64,000 nt of DNA from Oculina patagonica (taxonomy: Eukaryota), in NCBI RefSeq assembly GCF_052425735.1, contig NC_135770.1, positions 12,710,001 to 12,774,000 on the forward strand, written 5' to 3'. Shown here one piece after another: positions 26,628 to 39,074 of the stretch. A program made the translations under genes and the position numbers. Position 1 is the first letter of the stretch, and each line of letters starts with the position of its first letter. The notes under the pieces were generated by a model. That model did not search any database, was not told the origin of the DNA, and saw nothing but the letters and a program-made list of their open reading frames with translations.

Positions 26628-27212
26628 GCAGATGAATTTTTCAACATGACACGAGCATGGGACAAAGAAAAATTCTGAGTCCCCGACGGGAATCGAACCC
26701 ATGGCCTCCCAGATACCGGTTGGGCGCTCTAACCAACTGAGCTACGAGAGACTCGTGGTGAGCTGGGCCATTTACTAGGTTGATATGTGACATGCGTCCT
26801 GCATACTGCTAGGATCAGCAATGTCAAAATCATCAAGTGTGTAATCTGTTGTAAATAATAAAGATGGTAAATTTTAAAAGCTCGGTGATAAATAATGAAG
26901 ATGAATTTTTCAACAATGACACCAGCATGGGACAAAGAAAAATTCCGGTTGGGCGCTCTAACCAACTGAGCTACGAGAGACTCGTGGTGAGCTGGGCCAT
27001 ATACTAGGTTGATATGTGACATGCGTCCTGCATACTGCTAGGATCTCTCGTAGCTCAGTTGGTTAGAGCGCCCAACCGGTATCTGGGAGGCCATGGGTTC
27101 GATTCCCGTCGGGGACTCAGAATTTTTCTTTGTCCCATGCTTGTGTCATTGTTGAAAACTTCATCTTCATTATTTATCACCGAGCTTAAAATTTACCATC
27201 TTTATTATTTAC
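26628..27212. repeat. tRNA-derived repeat in partial-tandem plus inverted arrangement
   Basis: ~265-bp unit with A box TAGCTCAGTTGG, B box GGTTCGATTCC and a T5 run; ~1.5 copies on - followed by an inverted copy on +. Confidence 0.8.
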
Positions 27213-29107
27213 AATATTTCTATACTTTATTACGTAACATCAACAAGCCTTAGATATTTAAGTTTCCTCTTGTAAAATATTAAAATATTAAAATATTAGC
27301 CGAAATATTGTATTAAATCAAATTTTCTTGTAATAAACCAAAACTTGGTTTTTACAATGATTACGCTTACGGCCTTGCCTTCTTTATGTTATGTTCATCA
27401 GTATTTCATTCGTGATTTAAAATCACGCTTACGCTCACGGCGCCATCGATTTGTTTTACACAGCCGGAAGTGATTGTACATGCGATTTTATCGACTAAAC
27501 AAGCTTTGTGAGTTTCTAGCATCGCGTGATAAAAGTGACGTATTCTTGTACGTGCGATTGCTTCTTGTCACGCAATACTAGCGCTTCGCTCACTCTGCAC
27601 GAGAACCAACAAGATCTGTTTGGGGAGAGACGAAACCCTTAGCTTTCTACGTTCACAACTGCATAACAATACGATATATATCAAAGTTCAATTGTTGGTA
27701 CCAAACAAAAGACATTCTCGACATACAAGAATAGCCCTTGGTCGTGCATGGTAGCACAAATCTAACTTTGTAAACTTTCGTGACTTTCTTAGCTGATCTA
27801 GTAAACAAATGATCACAAATTAAATAGTGCGTGCGTTTACAAGATCAAAGTAATGAAACTCTGACGCCCTCTTTCTACAGAAACTCAAACAACATATTAA
27901 ACAGGAAAAAACGCGCAGAACAGTCAATCAATTACCGTATATTCTGTATATTGAGCAATTAGATGACTTAGATCAAGATTTCGAAAAGTGGTCACTGTAA
28001 AGCAAGTTTTGCGATTAAGATTAAATGCTACTGAATCGCTAAAAAAATAGGTTGTGCTAATAGCAACAGCTTATACAACAGGGAATGGTCATGATACCTC
28101 TTTTACAAACAACAGCAAGCGTACATACCTGTGATCTTGACTAGAATACTGTTATCTCCTGTTGTGTCACAGTGTTACTCAAACACAATCGAAACACAAA
28201 GTAGTTTGTAGAACTAGTAAAAACTCGGTACCGTTTGAGAGTTCTGACAGTGAGCACAATTAAGTGAAGGATAACCCCAACTTTTTCTCTGTCTTCCAGT
28301 AACAATCGCCCGCCAATTTCAGCAGTTCATTTGGAGACGGGCACAAATACGCAAGGAGTCGAGAAACTTGATGATGGCATGAAATAATGTTTTTTGTCAG
28401 AGGGGTGGGGGGTAAAGTACTAAACGGCACGCAATGCATGCAGAAGCCATGAACTTTCCCAACAATCCCAAGGGAGTCTAAAAATCCTTCAAAGGAATTT
28501 CGCTTGCCAACATTAAGCGTTGACGTCATAAAGACATCATCCCTTAAAAATCTGGAAGGTACTGTAACTCATCAGTAAATAGAAGGAAATTCCGAAGCAA
28601 TTGCTGATTACATTGAAAGCAGTCTCTTTTGCAGTGGTAATTTCATTTCGCTTGCATCGAAGGATCTGGGGTGGGGTGGCAGGGGGCGAAGGTGACATTG
28701 TAAGCCATGGGCTGACATATGTTACGTACGTTCGAGTAAAACATAGAATTAATCGAGGGTCATCATGGAGGCTAAGCATGAACGACAAATGGTTTAAAAT
28801 GACGCTTTGACTGTAAACTGTTGTTGCAAATAAATTCCTTTTGACCCCGTTTGTTAAATTATCCATTTTGTAATTGGGGGGGGGGGGGGGGGTAGTTACC
28901 ATTTCATAAGATCATTAGCTTCATTAATTCCTCATATTCTACAGTGTGATGGATTGAGTTTCAATCCTCTCTCGAGATTAACTTACTTTGGTCAGAATGG
29001 GCACTCAGGCAAACGAAACTTGCTGAAAAACTGACCAAATGACCAAAATGTTGAAATAGTTGAATGACATACCTTTGTGCAATTTGTTTTTCTAAGTATG
29101 TAAGAAT

Positions 29108-29327
29108 AGGCCTTATGCATGATAACGTCATATGCTCAAAATTCACCACCAAGCCTCGTTTACGCAAATTATTCTCAACCCTCCGCCACCTTCATGCAGT
29201 TTTCACGTGGGTATTCTTTTCAACTTTGCTGCTTTGGGAATTGGTTCGTGATAAAATTTACAAGTTTGCACTTCGAAAGCGAGGCTTGGTGGTGAAACCA
29301 GTCTGACGTAAACATGCATAAGGGCTA
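29108..29327. mobile_element. Small MITE
   Basis: Inverted termini AG.CCTTATGCATG...ACGTCA / TGACGT...CATGCATAAGG.CT; internal inverted CACCACCAAGCCTCG. Confidence 0.6.
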
Positions 29328-31382
29328 TTGTTTAAATAATGGAAATGGAACGCATAAATTGAAATTGTTGAGAACCTGTTGTTTGTGAAAAATCAAAGGT
29401 TTTTTCAATCACGTGTACAAACAGTAGCAAAAAAGAACTCATCTAAGTGCAAGTAATTGACGCGCGAATGGCGTAGGTGTCCAATAACAAGAATTCAATT
29501 ACAATTTGTAACTGGACAGGTGTAATTGGACACCCACGTGATCGCCCACCGCAGAACGAATCAAAGTCGAGAATTTTGTTATAGGCACGATTACGTCTTG
29601 AACTGTTACATTATCTACGGCGGTCCAATTACCTTAGAAGTTCTACAACTCAGAATAACTGACTCAGAGCCATTGCTTTACCTTCCGTTTATTGACTGGT
29701 AAACTTTGTACAATTAGAAATTAAATAAACTCTGTGGAGCTCAAAGCTTAAGTAAACATTCTAGATAAACATTCAACAAAACATAACGTCTACAGTTGAA
29801 TTTTTGTAAAATTACATTTGTACATGTATTTGTATAATGGACATAAAACTAAAACTAATATAATTTGAAAAAACCCAATTAGATTTCGAGAAGGGGATTT
29901 TCGATGTCGCACAGTATTTGCGTGAAACGCGTTTATTACCGGGAACATATTACGTAGTTTAGCGTCACTTGCTGACCAGAGCACGTTAGTAACAACAACA
30001 ATAAAATGCAATATATCATTAAATGCAAAAAATGCATTAAAAAACTTACAACAGATAAAATAAAAAAGCTATATATAATATTAGGTAAAGGAGGTTACTG
30101 TAATACAGATATTTTTTTTTCGTTACTTATTATGGAATTACTTATTCCTATTGGAATCCACTATACTTTATCTTGCTTTTAAAGCTCTCGATGTAAATTG
30201 CCCATAACAGATCATGTGATATTCTCTTGAAAATTCTTCCTTACCAATCTAAAAATTGTTCATTCATTTCCACGTGAATACGTTGGAATTTGAAAGAAAC
30301 CTCAAGGGTAACATCACCTGGTCTGAATGAGGCAATAAACAAAAGAAGCTAAAGAGGTCTTTAGTCCAAATACTGACCAATATTAACACAGAGAAACTGG
30401 TCTATGTCTGTGTACTAACACAGGAAGTTTTAGAACCTTTCCTGATGATCAAGTCATTTCTTACTGTTAGATAACAATTATAGTAATATATGTTTTTTTA
30501 CATGGGTTTTCATGTTGAATTAGCGCCCCTATTCATAAAGCAGCCTGCCGCCATTAAGCGCCTTCTATTGAGCTTCAGATTCTTGATTTGCAAGTGACGT
30601 CATTTCCGCCCTGTTGATGGTCAAAAGATTTCTACTTACAATCGAACTTATCCTTACAGACACTCTACAACACGGCCACTTTCCTATTATGGACAGTTTA
30701 CCTGGTCCGACAGAGACAAGAACTCATAGAAAACTCTCCCTCTGTAATACGGACACCTCATAAAACAGACAATGACTTGTCCTATTGATGTCCGTATAAG
30801 AGAGGTTTGGTTGTAGCTTCCAACATGGCCACCACACCATTGTCATCAAATCCTTCCTTTCCTTACCTCAAATTAATTTGCAAACTACTAAAGCAGTACT
30901 TTTGTTATTTTTTACTGGTATATTACAAATCATCATGGTAAGTTTGGAGACTAACTCGAAAACCTAGCGGTTCATTTAGCCTCCAGACCCATGAATAATT
31001 AGTAAATAATAATTGTTTTATCACATAAACTTTTACCCAATATTCTAGTTCTTTATATTTTTCTCCAATATATTTTTATTTCTGGCTTAAACAATTAGAG
31101 ATAATTACAATGAGAAAGACGTAACGTTCATCATGACACCAGTGTGAGTGGGAGCGCGAGTGCCGTTGGGGACTCAGATTTTTTCATGTCCCACGCTCGT
31201 GACATGACGAACATTACATCTTTCTTATCTCATTACCGAGCTTAAAATTTTGTCATCTTTCTGTATTTGTCAGATTATTACCACAAACAAAACAACAGAA
31301 GATTGCAATATTAAAGGTTATTTAGCGTCGCAGCCTCAAAGAAAAATTGGTAATTAACGGTATTGTCTACCTTGTTGTGACT

Positions 31383-34300
31383 TCAAGATTCATACACTTG
31401 ATGAAATTGAGTAATTTTTTGTCTGCATACTGGACAGATTTTTGTGCTTTGATGTAATTCTTTGGCACATGTCATACAGACACCCAAATGACCGCATGGA
31501 ATCAGAACACTGTTACGCGGATTGTCCATACATATGATACATTCCTTTTGTTGTTCTGCGGACGTAAAAAGCAGTACAATCACTGATTAGAAAAGCCTGG
31601 TGTAAAGGAAGACTCCTTTGCAATAAGACAAAAAAAACATGGTAACAAGAATAGTTGGCACTACCTTACATAAGAAACTTGATTGGCACTACCTTACATA
31701 AAAAAATGCGATTCAGAGCTCTCGCATGAAAAAAATGTTACATGAAGAGCGAGTCATTGAAAGGTTGTGAGCTACTTAGTCCAAAATGTCAGGCGGAATC
31801 GTTGCCATTGCGAACTATTGCAAATAAACTGCTTGCAAACGTGTGAGTTTGGTACACTCTGCTGAAAGTAATTTAGGTGTCGAATTATGTTTAAGTTGAA
31901 AATGAGCTTCTGTGTGGACTATCGGAAGCTTAATGCAGAAATTTTTGCCGTGTCAAATCGCACAAGGTAGCTTAGACATGACATTACTGCAGTAGTGATG
32001 TCCCACTTAAATCCGGCATCAAGACTTAAACTGACAAAACAAACACCGAACTCCAGACGAATCCTAACTGAAAATTCGCAGTGGCAACATAAAATAAACA
32101 TTGCCAAGACAACAGAAAAGTGTGTTAGATTGAAATTTCTACAAGGATGATCAAACACTGAAAATCAGGGTATGCATGGTTAATTTTCATTATGTAGGCA
32201 TCAATGATCGTCATGAAGGAATAGGAAAGTCCTTAGTAACTAGCATGATGTGCTGTCACCAATTCCCAAATAGTCAAATGATGATGCTAATCGTACCCTC
32301 CTTAGTAACCTGCATGCTGCTTTAGCCAGATTAATGATGATTTTTTCCGCAACACACTTGCCTTTAATAAAAAGTTGACCTAATTTATACAATTTATACA
32401 ACACTTTTGTACAAAAACGAATTTAGAATTGACATTGCTGCACCCACCTTGAGGCTGTTGTGCTGTTTTTGGTGGGTCACTGGTGGGTGGTGGTTGTTGC
32501 TGTGCCGTCCTTGTTAGATCACCAGAGGGTTGCGGTTGCTGTTGTGTTAGACTTTGGCTTCTAGTTTCCGGTGGTTTACTATATACTGGTGGAGAGCTTC
32601 CAAAAAGGGTACACAAAATACGAAGAAAAGATGTAATGTCAGATGTTTTCTGAAAAGACAAACGCAACGTCTTATTATTTTTCTCAGATAATACAAGTGC
32701 CACATACTTGTCCAATCAGAAGAAAAACCAAAACCAATCAGTGTGACTCACTCGCACACTTTTTCCCGTGCTTAACGCTGGCTACATGTATTTGCTTTCG
32801 AGTTTTGATTGGTTCACGGGACTGCCTAATGTGATTAGCCAGAGAGATTACCTAATGGTTTTGGTTTTATGCGATGAATTAATAATTTCTCGACTAATAT
32901 TACTTATAATTAAGAACAGTCATTTTTTCCACAACATTCAAGACACAGGATATTAAATTATTTCCTTTACATACATTATTCCATTTATGAAGGTAAGGAT
33001 GATACACTCTGCCATTTGTGTCGACAAATTCTGACTCCTTGATTGCCATTGAGCTTGTTGGCCTGACATACACCAGAGGTGGAACCTCAGGATGGTTCTC
33101 TTGTAACCATACAACTACTGGAATGTTGTATATTACACCTGCAATGAAGTTCTGATCTCAACATAAATGCTCCAAAGATACATTTATTTTTATTTATGAG
33201 GTTTTGCCTTTACGGTTGCAAGAATGTGCTTAAGCTATCCTATGGAAATGACTTTTGGTTTTGAGTAATTGGAAAGGTTGGAGTAGTAAGTACATAGTAG
33301 CAAGGGTAAAATAAGTGGGGGGCACGCGAGCGCCGGCCTAAGAAATCAATGCTTATATATATAATATATATTAAGACATTGCGATTCCACTGTACAGGTG
33401 TTTGGCTTGTTAGTTTTGGAAGAACTTAAATTTTAGATTATGTGCAGCAGATCAAATCAATAAAAAGAATAGATACAGACAAATAGTAGAAAAAAACCTC
33501 TATCCTTACCTCTGAAATTAACTGGGATTGTCCCTTCCAAGGTAAATAACTCTTTTTGTATCCCATTATTATATGCTGTAATGAAAATGGCATGCAAATT
33601 ATTGTAACATTAATTTGCACACTGTTTAACTTACAAAATATATTAATAAAGTGAAGAAATTATTCAACATGACACAAGCGTGGGACAAAGAAAAAATCTG
33701 AGTCCCCGACGGGAATCGAACCCATGGCCTCCCAGATACAGGTTGGGCGCTCTAACCAACTGAGCTACGAGAGACTCGTTATGAGCTGGGCCATTTACTA
33801 GGTTAATATGTGACACGTGTCCTGCATACTGCTAGGATCAGCAATGTCGAAATCATCAAATGTGTAGTAAATAATAAAGATGGTAAATTTCAAGCTCGGT
33901 GAAAAATAGTGAAGAAATTATTCAACATGACACGAGCAGATGGGAGGCCATGGGTTTGATTCCCGTTGGGGACTTATATTAGAGTTTTTCTTTGTCCCAT
34001 GCTCGAGTCATGTTGAATAATTTCTTCACTATTTATCACCGAGGTTGAAATTTACCATCTTTATTATTTACTACACATTTGATGATTTCGACATTGCTGA
34101 TCCTAGCAGTATGCAGGACGCGTGTCACATATCAAACTAGTAAATGGCCCAGCTCACAAAGAGTCTCTCGTAGCTCAGTTGGTTAGAGCGCCCAACAGGT
34201 ATCTGGGAGGTTATGGGTTTGATTCCCATTCTTTGTCCCACGCTCGTGTCATGTTGAATAATTTCTTCAATATTTATCACCGAGCTTGAAATTTACCATC

Positions 34301-35332
34301 TTTATTATTTACTATATTAATAAACCGATAGAAGTAAATACAAGTTTAGTATATTATTCAGGATCATGTACTTTTGAGTGAGTTTTCCAAGGGGAATTTT
34401 TAACAATCTTTGCATTTGAATCTCATATGGAATGCAGTTCCTAACCAAAACAACTTATTATAATAAGACTATGACATAAATTATGTTATAAAGGAAAAAA
34501 ATTACAAACAGCTAGATTATAACTTACTAAATTTTTGTAACTCAGGCCTTAAGCCTGGGAAATACTTTAACACCTGGTCAACTTCCTGAACACATGAGTT
34601 TGCTTTTTTCTAGAAATTGAACAAGAAAAAATGTTTCTTTATTAGTCAAGTCTTCTTTGCTATAAAAGGAGTCAGGCCTACCAATGAGTTGTTTTTGTTA
34701 TTGTTGTTGTCATTATAGTTATAATGTATTCTAGCTAGTATAGTATGCCATGTTTGAGATAAATATTTAATTTCATTAAATTTCATTTACAGTGTACTTA
34801 AATTCATATAATTAAGTTGTAATGAGCTTAAAAGATTATTCAATAAAATTTGTATAGTAATGAGCAGCAGAGAATTAAGGCCCTTTTTTGGTAGACATAA
34901 TTATTAATGATAAACAATTGATTTAACCAGACTGATTCCAAAAGCGACGACTTTTGTTACTTCCAAATGGGCAGCCTTTTTCGATCACCATACTATTGAA
35001 GGGCAGCAACTTTCAGGCAGCTAAAACATGTACCATATGTGTTCAAACCAATCCATCTTAATAATAAAAAATAATAAATTATAAAATGTTTTCAATATTA
35101 ACATACAGAGCTGACAAGGGATAAGATATTTTTGGAAATTTAATTATCTGCAACAATACTTTATCCTTTTCAGCTCTGCAAATATTTTTTGAAATTTTAC
35201 ATAACATTAACACAGGGTAAATACTCCTAGGTTTGTGACATTTGTACCTTTGCCGTTCTGTGTTAAGTTCGGTCTTCCGACCTTATTTGCTTCTGACTTC
35301 TTTTTGAGGGTACTGTTTTTATTTGGAGGCAT
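31383..35332 (-). CDS. TSG101-like UEV domain + Pro/Gln linker + C-terminal RING-HC protein (~245 aa)
   Basis: Exons 35332-35282, 34609-34528, 33575-33510, 33138-32975, 32649-32448, 31555-31383, all GT-AG with consistent phases. [67 protein letters not shown] is a UEV; ECIICMD..PCGHLGVCMTC..CPVCRQ is a RING. Confidence 0.85.
33648..34313. repeat. Second locus of the tRNA-derived tandem/inverted repeat, in an intron of the UEV-RING gene
   Basis: Same unit as 26628-27212 (period 258 bp), ~1.1 copies on - joined to ~1.4 copies on +; another fragment at ~31105-31270. Confidence 0.8.
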
Positions 35333-35952
35333 TATGTATTGAATAGAGCCGTAAGATTGTGGCCAAGGAAGTGTGTAGAGGTCATTAGTCCGCGCTGCGT
35401 GGCTTCCGTTTGTAGAGTTGAATGACACCTCTAAATCTGTACTCTGCCACTTGTTGCGCTAGTTCAGTTTGTTTTGGCTCAATGCTTTTTGCAAGATATG
35501 CTTTAGGCTCTCAAGATGTTTGCCCTGGAAGGACAAGATATGAATGTTCCGTGAAAATGTAAACTACTTGCATTTTATTGACGCCGGGCCCGGCATTTTA
35601 ATCAATACTGTTGCAAGATGTATCGTCTTATCACGGATTATCTTGGTCCGGCTTCGCCAGAGACTGTTTCAGCTTTATGAAAAAGCTGAAAGTTGGTTTC
35701 AGAGAGACACTCTGTGTTGTAAAGGCAAGGTTTCTTGCATTATTTTGATCGAGCGCTCTGTCTTTTTAGCTCGATGTTTAGGATTTTTTTACCTCCCTTG
35801 TTCGTTGTGTTGCGTTGGCACCACATGATTCAAATATAGATTTGAAATCTTTCAAGCCCAAGTCTGTTGACTATTTTGCGTTTTGTATATGCCAGTATAT
35901 GGTTCAGTTCGAAAGCTTTGGACTAGGATTGAGTTGTTGAGATTTATTATTA

Positions 35953-36151
35953 AGATTAATATTAATCCGATTAATATTAATCTTACATAAGATTAATATT
36001 AATCCTAATGGATTAAGGCACGGCTCAAACCTCAGTAATAGATTATAATAATCTATTACCGGATTATAATAATCTATTACTGGATTATAATAATCTATTA
36101 CTGGATTGTAATAATCATTAGGATTAATATTAATCCGATTAATATTAATCC
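35953..36151. repeat. Array of short palindromes and 21-bp tandem repeats
   Basis: GATTAATATTAATC five times; GGATTATAATAATCTATTAC(C/T) about four times in tandem. Confidence 0.8.
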
Positions 36152-39074
36152 GAGTTGTCTGTTTTTATAACAAAACCCTTTAAAGGAAAAATGTTTCGTG
36201 TTTTATGGACTAGTTCCACAAAATGACCTCAATTCCCTGATACATACTGGAACCAACCGGGGGGGGGGGGGGGGGGGGGGAGGGGATTCAAGCAAGAGAT
36301 TATTGTTTTGTAATGGCTTATGTTTCTGGAGCTTCATTGGCTTAAACCAGTAATGAACTTTGCTGTGGGTTACAGAGAGATGTCTTATTTCCAATAGCAA
36401 CAATGATTGTGTTATATCTTGGCCAACCTTGAAACACTCTATGGAATTCTTTTCTATGGGCAGTAGAGCATTCCCCAAGGGTGTTTGCGTGCTTAGGTTT
36501 TTCAGTTTCAGGCCAAATGAATTAAGGCACAGTCACAGTTTATTCCCGGATTTTAATCCCGAAAGATTTGTTTGATGGTTCCAGGGCAATTATCGTGATT
36601 ACAACACAAAAATACCCGGCCACTTTTGACGACGAATGCGTTGTACGAAGCAATTATTTCAAGACAGCAGAACTCTGGTAAAGCTTTTTGATTTTAGTGT
36701 TATCAGTAAAAATATGTTCTCCCTTGAGCTAAAAAGTCTTTATCTAAGTGTCTAAATTCCCTGAGAAATTTTGAAGTTTTATATTTTATGAACATTTTTT
36801 TGTTTCTTTGCATGTCGTCGTCGGCTTATACCCAAACTAAACTCTTTTGTATACACTCGACGATGTACACTTCATCACAAGGCATTTACTTCCGCTCGGC
36901 ATACGTAACAAACTATACCGATGTTTGAATATAAACTTCAATAAGATATTAGGCATCTAGGTCACACTTTATGCTGTGAAAAATACTTGCCTTAGTTTTC
37001 TTGATCAATGCAGTCCGCCAAGAAACGGCCATTTGTCAAAAACAAGCCAATAAACTCGATAAGCTTACACCTTCGTTCATTCCTTGATTTCTTGTAAAAA
37101 GTAAAAAGTAGTATAGTACCCAGTCTTACGCGCCCGAATTGAATGCCCGAGGAGGGTGAGGAGTGTAGGGACTCTGACCACCGTTTGCACTGAAATTGGA
37201 GCAAGCCATGCCAGTATAATTTTCACCAAAAAAGCTCTGCTGGTTCATAATTAGAAGATTTTCGCACTTTTTGAAGCATTAAAGTCAATAACAATTTAGA
37301 TTCTTGCCTTTTAATGCATCAGAATAATTGCAAATTCAGTAGATCTGGGACCTAACAATATGCCGGAACATGCTCCTGTACCGGAAGTATTTTTACTTGT
37401 CCGCAGTTATTCACTACGAACTATTTACCTGTTTTAGGAAATTAACGATGCGCATATGCATGTTATTAATGCGAATTTCAAAAATTCGCGTTATTTTTAT
37501 GCACCTTTATTTACGTCATTGTATATATATTTGGGGGTTAATTTGAATCACACTATTTTACAACATCGTTATTTTAAGGCATTTATATTTCCAGCAAAGT
37601 TCGGGAAAGTTTCATCAGTAATCTTCCTCTCCATCAGAGGTCTTCAGAGTCAGTCGACACATCGTCATTCAATATTGATTTTAAAAAATGTTTTTAGTTT
37701 CGTAACGTTTGTTATCTCCAAGGGTAAATGGAGAAACCGCTCAATTCTTTTACTTTATAGACATCGCATTCCTGTCTTCCCATTTTCAGGTATTTCTGTT
37801 GCTGGTCGTTTTTGTTTTGTCTTGTCAAAAGCAAAGGAAGCTATGGAAATCATCACGCATAAAGCACCAAATTCGCGTTATAAATCAAATGTATGTGAAC
37901 GTACACCCACGGAAAAATCGCTCTAGATTAAATGCATGTAAATAGAACTTTTCGAAAATTCGCGTTAATTTTATAACGGCGATTTTGTTTGCGTTGTTTT
38001 AACAACGCAAAAGGATGTTCTTAAAATCAAAATTCATGTTCTTATAAATTTCGGTTTCAACGTTCTTATTAAAAAAAGGTTCGTTAAGTATGTGAAAGAG
38101 TGTACCCAGTCTGTACGCTTTGTTCTCCATTTTCTCAGTCTGACTGTCTTTCCACTGGGTACGCAGTCTGTCTTTCCCAAGCTGAGATTAAGAGGTGAAG
38201 CATTTTTATTTTGTTCTCCATCGTATCAAATAACCCACATTCAAATGGTCACATTCTCATCAGTTTTCTGAAAAGCCATATCATGCTAAGAACATTCAGT
38301 TTTGATTCAACCACTGCTGTAAAAGACGTTCTTATAGAAAAGTGTAGATCTGTTACAGTAGCGAGATGTAAACTGACTCGTTTTCCACTTCATGTTACCT
38401 TCCCGGTCTCCGTACAGATCATAGTAAATAACCAAATTTACGAACTAATTTGCCATTTCAGCTAAGTTTTAAAAGGTCAGTCCGTGAATTAATCAGGCTC
38501 AAATGAGGCCAGACTGTAGTTCGACTGTTTTTCCAACGACAGACTCGGTCTAAAGAGAATTCAGGATTTCTTTTTTTGTTATTTAAGAAATTCCAGCGGT
38601 GGGTACCAGATTCTTCGGTCTAGAAGTTGCATGTCTTGTGTAAATCATCATATGCTAGAAGCGAGTCAAAAACTTGAACTCATACATTTTTATTAACTGC
38701 TCTCGCACGCTTTTAGTCTTCCAGAAAACCACATAAAAACAAACTTAAACAGTGTGAAAATATTTTACTTCATTTTTATTTCAAATAAAAACTTTAAAAA
38801 GTCGATTTAAACCAGCATACAGTTAGTGAAGGCATTAAAAAAATGTCTTGGCAAGCTGTGACCACACAAACAGAGGATGGTATGCCTGTGGTGTCAACGT
38901 ACCGATCTACTGCATGGCACTTCTGAGTTCAAACCAAAGTCCATGCGATCCCATTTAATTTTACTTTGTTTTTCTGTTCAATTCCAATGGTTACATTGTT
39001 AAAGTTGCACTGAACTTGATGACAGAGATCCATATATTTAAATAGTGCGTGAGATTTGTCCACTGATCCCTCGT

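Noticed and set aside
27044-27116. Possible tRNA-Thr(GGT) gene
   Set aside because: Imperfect acceptor and anticodon stems, C instead of U33, an anticodon not normally used in eukaryotes, and it is embedded in a dispersed repeat.
34073-34128. Hammerhead or twister ribozyme in the tRNA-like repeat (TTGATGA-TTTC-GACA...)
   Set aside because: The core deviates from CUGANGA/GAAA, stem I does not register, and twister catalytic residues are missing; a simple hairpin explains it.
35333-35524. In-frame TAG at 35459-35461 suggesting the UEV-RING gene is a pseudogene
   Set aside because: The ATG at 35332 aligns with the TSG101 N-terminus, so the stop most likely lies in the 5' UTR.
37456-37926. 156-aa ORF
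   Set aside because: No recognisable domain or splice context; composition typical of an AT-rich intergenic or decayed repeat region.
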